From Candidatus Velamenicoccus archaeovorus (GTDB lineage: Bacteria; Omnitrophota; Gorgyraeia; Velamenicoccales; Velamenicoccaceae), in contig NZ_CP019384.1 of assembly GCF_004102945.1 (NCBI RefSeq), positions 510,001-542,000 of the forward strand: a stretch of DNA of 32,000 nt. The letters run 5' to 3'. Positions 25,628 through 32,000 of this stretch are shown piece by piece. Every line of letters starts with the position of its first letter. Position 1 is the first letter of the stretch. Both the position numbers and the translations under genes were made by a program. Below the pieces are notes generated by a model, which was given only the letters and a program-made list of their open reading frames with translations, was not told where the DNA came from and did no database searches.

Positions 25628-25636
25628 TGTTATAAT
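25628..25636 (+). promoter_or_regulatory. Extended -10 promoter element (TGTTATAAT)
   Basis: TGn-TATAAT in an AT-rich stretch with a weak -35. It would give a 5' UTR of about 510 nt for trxA that includes the whole structured leader. Confidence 0.35.
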
Positions 25637-25826
25637 ATAGAAGATTTTTTTGAGAACGGAAGGACGAGGAGCGTGCCTCGCGTCAACCCGCCTTGAGAGT
25701 GATATATCTTGTTTTTATCAAATGAGTTGCAAATATGATGTAATATTTTTTTATCCCGGCGTAAGGTTTCATCTTTGCGGGGTGAAACATTTGTTTGGAA
25801 TTTAAGAAGAATTAAGGAATTAACGT

Positions 25827-25965
25827 TACTCCTCGTGTAAGCATCTTGACAATTTATGCCTGCGACCAGCCTTCGCAGAGCTCAGGCGGGCAGTCATAAA
25901 TTCTCAAGATACACTGCCGCAGAAAGCGGCACACCGGCCATCCGATAAGGCCGGGTGAAGGAGTT
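25827..25965 (+). repeat. Rod-like hairpin element B1 of the structured leader (with the two-hairpin insert on the 3' side)
   Basis: 4 substitutions versus A2 over 89 nt. 25845-25863 pairs with 25890-25908. The apical 26-mer (25864-25889) is identical to A2. Insert at 25915-25956. Confidence 0.65.
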
Positions 25966-25978
25966 AACCCAGAAAGGG

Positions 25979-26033
25979 TAGGCCTCCGCAATACCAAATA
26001 AGCGGAGGGCCTAATCTCGTCAGAGGCGGAAGA
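25979..26033 (+). repeat. Inter-element hairpins of leader B
   Basis: taggcctccgc (25979-25989) pairs with gcggagggccta (26002-26013). A degenerate copy of the ttccgcc hairpin follows (26015-26033). Confidence 0.5.
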
Positions 26034-26043
26034 CATTAAGAAA

Positions 26044-26122
26044 GACCCCTTGCCTAAGCGCTTGTCCGTTTCACTCACAAGCACCAGAGGTGTTCGTGAA
26101 ATGGACTTGCGCAGGCAGGGGT
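26044..26122 (+). repeat. Rod-like hairpin element B2 (divergent sequence, same architecture)
   Basis: acccct(t)gc (26045-26053) pairs with gcaggggt (26115-26122). gcct/gcgc pairs with gcgc/aggc. cttgtccgtttcac (26061-26074) pairs with gtgaaatggacttg (26096-26109). Apical hairpin with an AGAG loop. Confidence 0.55.
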
Positions 26123-26150
26123 AATTCCGCCGGAGGCGGAATTAAGGAGG
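26122..26150 (+). promoter_or_regulatory. SD-abutting hairpin plus ribosome-binding site of trxA
   Basis: taattccgcc-gga-ggcggaatta (26122-26144), then AAGGAGG (26144-26150) and ATG 26155. Confidence 0.6.
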
Positions 26151-26154
26151 CCCC

Positions 26155-26478
26155 ATGGGAGCAATTCATTTGAGCGATGAGAATTTTAAGAAGGAGGTCT
26201 TGGAATCCAAGATTCCATGCCTGGTCGATTTCTGGGCCGAATGGTGCGGGCCTTGTCGTCGGGTCGCGCCGGTCGTTGAAGAGATAGCGGATGAATTTCA
26301 GGGGCGGTTTAAGGTCGCAAAGCTTAATGTGGACGAAGGGTCCAAGACGGCATCGGCTTACGGCGTCATGTCCATCCCGACATTGATGTTTTTCAAGGAT
26401 GGGAAGGTCGTCGAGCAGGTCGTCGGGGCCGTCGCCAAGCAGGAACTTGTGGCCAAAATAGAGGAGTTGTTGGGCTAA
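26155..26478 (+). CDS. trxA: Thioredoxin
   Basis: 107 aa with the active site WAEWCGPCR. Confidence 0.95.
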   Translation: MGAIHLSDENFKKEVLESKIPCLVDFWAEWCGPCRRVAPVVEEIADEFQGRFKVAKLNVDEGSKTASAYGVMSIPTLMFFKDGKVVEQVVGAVAKQELVAKIEELLG

Positions 26479-27431
26479 TGGATGCTATAGCGTTGATCAG
26501 AGAAAAGGCGAAGAAACAATCAAAGACGATTGTTTTGCCGGAAGGGCACGATCCCCGCGTCAGGAAAGCGGCGGAGTTTATTCAACAGGAAGGTATTGCC
26601 AAGGTTATTTTGCTGGAGAAGGGGAAGCTCGATCCTAAAAAGATCGAAGAATACACGGAATTATATTATCAGCTTCGTCAGCACAAAGGGATCGCCAGGG
26701 AAGAGGCCCAGCAGACGGTCTTGAATCCTGTTTTTTACGGAGCGATGCTGGTCCGTCAAGGCTTGGCGGACGGTTTTGTCGCCGGAGCGGACACAACGAC
26801 ATCAGATGTCGCCAAGGCAGGCCTGTATTGCCTAGGCGTGGACCGCAGGATCGCGACGATCTCGAGCTGTTTTATCATGACGGTTCCGGATTGTCCTTAC
26901 GGCGAAGGGGGAACGTTCCTTTTTGCCGATTGCGGCATCATTCCCGATCCGACGACGCGGCAGTTGGCGCAGATCGCGCTGTCGACGGCAGACCTGGGAC
27001 GCAAGGTCCTGGGGATCACGCCGAAGGTGGCGATGCTGAGTTATTCCACCAAAGGGTCGGCGAGCGGGCGTTTTATCGAGAGGATCCGGGAAGCCACGGC
27101 CATGCTGCACGAGATGGCGCCCGACCTTGCGGTTGACGGAGAGCTGCAGGTGGACGCGGCCATCGTGCCTGATGTTGCCAGACATAAAAATCCCGGAAGC
27201 CCGATCCAGGGGGACGCCAATATCCTTTTGTTCCCGAACCTGGAGGCGGGCAATATCGCTTACAAGCTCGTCGAGCGCCTGTCCAAAGGCCGTGCCCTTG
27301 GGCCGCTCTTGATGGGATTGGTTAAACCTTGCAGCGATCTGTCGCGCGGCTGCAGCTGGGAAGATGTTGCGGATTGCACGGCCGTTACGGCGATCCGCTG
27401 CCAGTATGAAGTTGAAGGCGAGGGCATATGA
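26478..27431 (+). CDS. pta: Phosphate acetyltransferase (short PTA_PTB type)
   Basis: 317 aa with PTA-family sequence (GADTTTSD, SYSTKGSA, NILLFPNLEAGNIAYK). TAATG overlap with trxA. Followed by ackA. Confidence 0.85.
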   Translation: MDAIALIREKAKKQSKTIVLPEGHDPRVRKAAEFIQQEGIAKVILLEKGKLDPKKIEEYTELYYQLRQHKGIAREEAQQTVLNPVFYGAMLVRQGLADGFVAGADTTTSDVAKAGLYCLGVDRRIATISSCFIMTVPDCPYGEGGTFLFADCGIIPDPTTRQLAQIALSTADLGRKVLGITPKVAMLSYSTKGSASGRFIERIREATAMLHEMAPDLAVDGELQVDAAIVPDVARHKNPGSPIQGDANILLFPNLEAGNIAYKLVERLSKGRALGPLLMGLVKPCSDLSRGCSWEDVADCTAVTAIRCQYEVEGEGI

Positions 27432-28549
27432 CATCCTGCAAGATCCTCGTCATCAACTCGGGAAGTTCTTCGATCAAATATCGTCTGTTCCGTGCCTCCA
27501 AGAACGGAGGCGGCGGTGCGCGTTTTGCCCTCGTCACCAAAGGGTTGATCGAGAAGATCGGTCATAAAGATTCCAATGTCCATGACCATAAGGAGGGCAT
27601 TCAGCTTCTGTTGAATACCCTCACTCAAGGTCAGGGCGCCAAGATAAAGGATTTGAGCGAGATTTGCGCCATCGGTCATCGCATCGTTCACGGCGGTGTG
27701 ACATTTAAAAAACCGACGTTGATCACTTCAGAGGTCATGGCCAAGATCCGCGAGTGTTTTGAGTTGGCTCCTTTGCATAATCCGGCGAATTACGCGGGCG
27801 TCGAAGCCTGCCAGGCGATCCTTCCGAACGTCAAACAGGTCGCCGTCTTCGATACGGCTTTCCATCAGTCTCTGCCGGAACATGCCTACATTTACGGCCT
27901 GCCTTACGAATATTACGAAAAATATAATCTCAGGAAGTTTGGGTTTCACGGCACGAGCCATCAGTACGTGGCCCACGAGGCGGCGCGCATTTTGGAAAGG
28001 CCCTTGAGGAAATTGAAGCTCATCACATGCCACTTGGGCAATGGCTGCAGCATTGCGGCCGTCAAACATGGCCAGTCTATCGATACGAGCATGGGCTTTA
28101 CGCCGCTGGAAGGATTGGTCATGGGGACGCGATGCGGCGATATTGACCCGGCATCCGTCATCTTTCTTGCGGAAAAGGAAAAGATCAGCTTAGAAGAGAT
28201 CGATCGGGTCCTGAACTATAAAAGCGGCCTTAAGGGGGTTTCCGGCCTCAGCAACGATATGAGGGAGATCTGGGAGGCGGCAAAAGAAGGCCACCACAGG
28301 GCGAAACTTGCGTTTGATATCTTTACGTACAGGATCAAAAAGTATATCGGCAGCTATATCGCCGCGATGGGCGGGGTGGACGCTATTGTATTTACGGCGG
28401 GGATCGGTGAGAACGAAGCGCATGTCCGCAACCGGATCACCAAAGGACTTTTTGATTTCCTGGATGACAAGAAAGTCAGGGTGTTGGTGGTCCCCACCAA
28501 TGAAGAGTTGATGATCGCCAAGCAGACATTTCATGTGGTTAGCTTATGA
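27428..28549 (+). CDS. ackA: Acetate kinase
   Basis: 373 aa, ILVINSGSSSIKY, GHRIVHGG, FHGTSH, CHLGNG, TAGIGEN. ATGA overlap with pta. Confidence 0.92.
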   Translation: MTSCKILVINSGSSSIKYRLFRASKNGGGGARFALVTKGLIEKIGHKDSNVHDHKEGIQLLLNTLTQGQGAKIKDLSEICAIGHRIVHGGVTFKKPTLITSEVMAKIRECFELAPLHNPANYAGVEACQAILPNVKQVAVFDTAFHQSLPEHAYIYGLPYEYYEKYNLRKFGFHGTSHQYVAHEAARILERPLRKLKLITCHLGNGCSIAAVKHGQSIDTSMGFTPLEGLVMGTRCGDIDPASVIFLAEKEKISLEEIDRVLNYKSGLKGVSGLSNDMREIWEAAKEGHHRAKLAFDIFTYRIKKYIGSYIAAMGGVDAIVFTAGIGENEAHVRNRITKGLFDFLDDKKVRVLVVPTNEELMIAKQTFHVVSL

Positions 28550-28583
28550 CGGTTGCGGCAGAGGTGCTGGAAGAGAGGCGGAA

Positions 28584-28946
28584 ATGTACAGGATCATGTG
28601 CAAGTCGAAAATTCACAGGGCCAGGATCACAGGGGCGCTTCTGTATTACGAAGGCAGCATCGCTATCGATACGGACCTTCTGGAGGCCGCGGATATCCTT
28701 CCCGGTGAAAAGGTCGAAGTTCTCAATGTGAACAACGGCTCGCGGATCGAGACGTATGTGATTGCCGGCAAGAAAGGGTCGGGCGAGATGTGCCTGAATG
28801 GTCCTGCGGCGAGGTCCGGCTGTGAGGGGGATGAAATCATCGTCCTGGCTTACGCGATGGTGCCGGAGAACGAGGCGAAAAATCTCAAGATGAAGGTTGT
28901 GCATGTCGATTCTTCAAACAAGATTAAGAATACATTTCTACGGTGA
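28584..28946 (+). CDS. panD: Aspartate 1-decarboxylase
   Basis: 120 aa from ATG 28584, KSKIHRARIT...YEGSIAID (Gly-Ser self-processing site). Confidence 0.9.
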   Translation: MYRIMCKSKIHRARITGALLYYEGSIAIDTDLLEAADILPGEKVEVLNVNNGSRIETYVIAGKKGSGEMCLNGPAARSGCEGDEIIVLAYAMVPENEAKNLKMKVVHVDSSNKIKNTFLR

Positions 28947-29418
28947 TCCGGTTTTGCGCCGGAGATCTAGACCGGTGGCTGCGGTGGGTCCCGAGGAGCA
29001 GGCTGTTCTTGTTCAGATGGAAGAGGTGATGCGTTGCGCCGGCGGCGTAGGGCTGGCGGCGCCTCAGGTAGGCTTGAACAAGCAACTCGTGGTCGTGGAC
29101 GTTGGAGAAGGGCCGGTGGCCCTGGCCAATCCGAGGATATTAAAAAAATGGGGCTCGGCCGCCATGGAAGAAGGGTGTTTGAGCCTTCCCGGTATTTACG
29201 TCAAGGTGAAGCGCGCCAAGAAGGTCAAGGTCGCGGGTTTGAATGAAAAGAACGAGAAGGTTGTCATCGTCGCGGCGGATTTTTTGGCGCGTGCCCTCCA
29301 GCATGAGATCGATCATTTGCGGGGAAGGTTGATCTTTGATTATGCCAATTTGTTTGAAAAATTAAGACTGAAAGCCAAACTGAGACAGGTGAGGGCGGGA
29401 TCGCGGATCTCTGCTTGA
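28903..29418 (+). CDS. def: Peptide deformylase
   Basis: Motifs GVGLAAPQ, EGCLS and HEIDH. The N-terminus MSILQTRLRIHFYGDPVLRR fits ATG 28903, which overlaps panD by 44 nt. Confidence 0.9.
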   Translation: MSILQTRLRIHFYGDPVLRRRSRPVAAVGPEEQAVLVQMEEVMRCAGGVGLAAPQVGLNKQLVVVDVGEGPVALANPRILKKWGSAAMEEGCLSLPGIYVKVKRAKKVKVAGLNEKNEKVVIVAADFLARALQHEIDHLRGRLIFDYANLFEKLRLKAKLRQVRAGSRISA

Positions 29419-29494
29419 CGCCTGCCGCAGGGACAAGAAGGAGCCGGTTTTTTGAGACAACAACAGGAAAGCGCATCAAAGGAGGTATCTCAAC

Positions 29495-29638
29495 ATGGAT
29501 TGCCCCAACAGCGAACGCAATACTTCCGAGTGTCCTTGCGATTACAAGCATTGCCCCAGAAAAGGGACGTGCTGCGAGTGTATCGCATATCATCGCAAGG
29601 ATAAACAATTGCCGGCATGCCTGCGTGAGCAGGAATAA
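29495..29638 (+). CDS. Small Cys-rich protein (47 aa; resembles the DUF6485-type family)
   Basis: Not in the ORF track (<60 aa). Strong SD aaaggagg (29478-29485), 9 nt before the [50 protein letters not shown] has 8 Cys. Confidence 0.6.
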   Translation: MDCPNSERNTSECPCDYKHCPRKGTCCECIAYHRKDKQLPACLREQE

Positions 29639-29665
29639 GGGAACCGAACGGCAGGGCAGGTGGCT

Positions 29666-30604
29666 ATGGTTTATGATGTGGTGATTGTCGGTGCCGGTCC
29701 CGCCGGCCTGACGGCTGCGCTTTATGCGGGCCGTTCCAAACTTAAAACGAAGATTCTGGAGAAGGAAGCCGTCGGCGGCCAGATCCTATTGACGGAGTTG
29801 ATCGAGAATTTTCCGGGTGTGTATCGGATGAATTCTTTCGACTGGGTCGAGGTCGTCAAGAAACAACTGGCAGATTTAGACCAGGTAGAGTTGCAGGAAA
29901 GCGCCGGCGTCGACAAACTGGAAAAAAACGGAAAAGAATTTCGTCTCCATGTCCATAGCGATGCCGCAGGCGGACCGGAGGTCCTGGAGGCCAAAAGCAT
30001 TATTTTGGCGACGGGCGCCAGGCCCAGGAGGTTGGGGGTCCCCGGAGAGAACAAGTTGACGGGCCGCGGCGTTTCTTATTGCGCCACATGCGACGGCCCT
30101 CTGTTTCGCGACAAAAACGTCGTGGTCGTCGGCGGCGGCGAAACGGCTTTGGAGGAGGCGTTGTATTTGAGCCGTTTTGTCAAGACGGTCACCATCGTGC
30201 ATCGTCGACAGGGATTGAGGGCAACGGCGCTGATCCAGGAGCGCGTCGCCAAAGATCCGAAGATCCGGTTGAAGCTGGAATTCGTTCCCCTCGAGGTCGT
30301 CGGGGCGTCCCGCGTGGAGGCCCTGAAGATCCGGAACGTTGCAGACAAACACGAAGAGTCGTTGGCGTGCGACGGCGTTTTCGTCTTTATCGGTTTCAAT
30401 CCTGAAACGGCGTTTTTGGAAGGGATGCTTGAGACCACCCAGGAAGGATATATCCTGACGGATGAACGGATGATGGCATCGGTCGAAGGGGTTTTCGTCT
30501 GTGGGGATTGCCGCAAGAGACCCTTGAATCAGGTCGTCACGGCCTGCTCTGAAGGCGCCATCGCCGCTTATGCGGCCGCAAGATTCCTGGAGCAGGCAAC
30601 ATAA
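29666..30604 (+). CDS. trxB: Thioredoxin-disulfide reductase
   Basis: VVIVGAGPAGLTAALYA, redox-active CATCDG, and a second dinucleotide motif VVVVGGGETALEEA. Confidence 0.92.
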   Translation: MVYDVVIVGAGPAGLTAALYAGRSKLKTKILEKEAVGGQILLTELIENFPGVYRMNSFDWVEVVKKQLADLDQVELQESAGVDKLEKNGKEFRLHVHSDAAGGPEVLEAKSIILATGARPRRLGVPGENKLTGRGVSYCATCDGPLFRDKNVVVVGGGETALEEALYLSRFVKTVTIVHRRQGLRATALIQERVAKDPKIRLKLEFVPLEVVGASRVEALKIRNVADKHEESLACDGVFVFIGFNPETAFLEGMLETTQEGYILTDERMMASVEGVFVCGDCRKRPLNQVVTACSEGAIAAYAAARFLEQAT

Positions 30605-30621
30605 CAGGTCCGCGGGATCCC

Positions 30622-31563
30622 ATGAAAAAAACCGCTTCTTACCTTTTAAGGATCGGCATAACCGCAGGTTTGCTGATCCTTTTGTTTTTCCGCACGCCCC
30701 TCAAAAAAATCGTCTCCATCGTCCTGCAGGCCGATTTTTACTGGCTCCTGGGAGCTTTTCTGCTGTTTTTCTTCCTCAATGTCCTTGTTTTCCTGAGATG
30801 GTTTCTTTTGCTGCGCGGCCGCGGCATCCATGTTTTCCCCCCGCGGCTGTTTTTGTCCTATCTTGTTTCTCTGTTTTTCAACCTGATATTTCCTTCGACG
30901 ATCGGCGGGGATGCGGTGCGCACGCTTGATATCTCCCGCCATACGCAGAGGCATTCGAGCGGTATTCTGGCGAGCGTCGTTTTGGACCGTGTCAGCGGCT
31001 TCCTCGGCCTCGTGACCGTCCTCATTTTTTCCCTTGCGTTCGGTTATAAAGTCTTTAACGACGCCAGCATCTTTCTGGCGACGGGCATCCTTTTATTTTT
31101 AGTCCTTGTTTTTTGCGGCATGATGTTCTCGGGCCGCTTCTTCGGTCTCTTGGCCGCATGCATCCCGTTTGGCGGCGTGCGCGGGTATTTCGAGAAGATC
31201 CACAAGGAGACAAAGGCGTACAAGGGGCAACGCAGCGTCCTCTGGATGTCATGGATCATCTCTTCACTCACCCATGTGGGGCTGGCGTTTACCTATTATC
31301 TGACGGCGCGCGCCTTCGGTCTGGATTATTCCCTGATCTATTTTTTGATCTTTGTGCCGATGATCACGGCTTTTTCGTCCCTGCCCGTCTCCATCGGCGG
31401 ACTGGGCGTCAGGGATGCGGCCTCCGTCTTTGTCTTTGCCAAGATCGGCATTGCGGCCGAGAAGGCCTTTGCGATATCGCTGATGAATTTCGGCTACACC
31501 TTCCTCTTGGGTCTCTTGGGAGCCGCCGGTTATGTCTTTATTCTATATCGTCGACGGGTATAA
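30622..31563 (+). CDS. Flippase-like / lysyl-phosphatidylglycerol-synthase TM-region family membrane protein (UPF0104)
   Basis: 313 aa with about 8 TM helices. The N-terminus K..L.IGITAGLLILLF and GGDAVR-type loop are typical of this family. Confidence 0.6.
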   Translation: MKKTASYLLRIGITAGLLILLFFRTPLKKIVSIVLQADFYWLLGAFLLFFFLNVLVFLRWFLLLRGRGIHVFPPRLFLSYLVSLFFNLIFPSTIGGDAVRTLDISRHTQRHSSGILASVVLDRVSGFLGLVTVLIFSLAFGYKVFNDASIFLATGILLFLVLVFCGMMFSGRFFGLLAACIPFGGVRGYFEKIHKETKAYKGQRSVLWMSWIISSLTHVGLAFTYYLTARAFGLDYSLIYFLIFVPMITAFSSLPVSIGGLGVRDAASVFVFAKIGIAAEKAFAISLMNFGYTFLLGLLGAAGYVFILYRRRV

Positions 31564-32000
31564 CGTCATCAAGCGCTCGGGGCCTTTTTGCGATCTGCCC
31601 CTGCGCCAGGCGCGGGAACGCTTTTTTATGTTTTTGGAAAGCAGCCGGCCGCACGGCTCGGTGCGCAACAGGCTGGCGGTCGTCTTTGACGGGTCTGCGC
31701 AGGTGTTCGGTTTCAAAGAAAGCAGGACGTTCGAGATCATTTTTACGACGGGTGAATCCGCCGATGAGAAGATCAAAGAGATGGTCCGCGCGGACAGGGA
31801 TCCCCGCAACATCGTCGTCGTGACGGATGACAGGGAGCTGGGGTACGCGGTGCGGTGCCAGGGCGCGCGGGTCATAGTTTGCGCCGATTTCCTGAAGTCG
31901 TCCGGCACAGCCAAGAGGCGGGGGCGGTCCGTTGCCCAGGAAGCCGATCTCAAGAATGTCCTTAATATCGTACAGAGGGAAAAGATCACGCAGGAGCTTA
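31532..32000 (+). CDS. YacP-like NYN-domain protein (predicted RNase), 3'-truncated by the window end
   Basis: Open frame from ATG 31532 to the window edge, not in the ORF track because no stop is reached. MSLFYIVDGYNVIK...AVVFDG...SADEKI...VVVTDDRELG matches the NYN/YacP pattern. Confidence 0.6.
   Translation, partial: MSLFYIVDGYNVIKRSGPFCDLPLRQARERFFMFLESSRPHGSVRNRLAVVFDGSAQVFGFKESRTFEIIFTTGESADEKIKEMVRADRDPRNIVVVTDDRELGYAVRCQGARVIVCADFLKSSGTAKRRGRSVAQEADLKNVLNIVQREKITQEL

Noticed and set aside
29419-29494. Terminator between def and the Cys-rich ORF (ccggtttttt)
   Set aside because: A T-run is present, but only a 4-bp stem could be formed upstream, which is not convincing.

Overview
This 32-kb segment is gene-dense and every gene I can support (about 33) is on the + strand. 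It looks like an anaerobic, fermentative bacterium, but the taxon cannot be determined from the sequence alone. Gene order: glnB, a small HTH ORF, amtB and glnK; a PCP-reductase-like small protein and an MFS transporter; rex overlapping a Cache/HAMP histidine kinase. Then comes a complete [FeFe]-hydrogenase locus: a small Trx-like ferredoxin, NuoF-like HydB, catalytic HydA, NuoE-like HydC, maturases HydG and HydE, an orphan receiver, a TM1266-like ACT regulator, and HydF. After that: tetR, tolC, a short membrane-fusion protein and an RND pump; an HD-GYP protein overlapping marR; a K+ channel; a patatin-like lipoprotein. The window ends with trxA-pta-ackA-panD-def, a 47-aa Cys-rich ORF absent from the ORF track, trxB, a UPF0104-type membrane protein and a partial NYN-domain gene. 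No rRNA, tRNA, CRISPR array or transposase was seen. The most unusual content is non-coding. The two largest intergenic gaps (6744-7271 before the hydrogenase operon, 25510-26154 before trxA-pta-ackA) carry colinear, homologous composite leaders of about 330-350 nt. Each is built from long rod-like hairpin elements, three of which share a conserved 26-nt apical sequence. Copies differ by compensatory base-pair substitutions, and each leader ends in a hairpin that abuts the Shine-Dalgarno sequence. The 3' part of this leader also precedes amtB. I do not recognise it as a named RNA family. Other points: HydA has non-canonical H-cluster motifs (TSCSSAW and MCCTAKK). Two Rex-box-like palindromes flank the rex promoter. 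A CCAAT/ATTGG-rich imperfect palindrome lies between the ferredoxin gene and hydB. A perfect 17-bp inverted repeat abuts a promoter after glnK.
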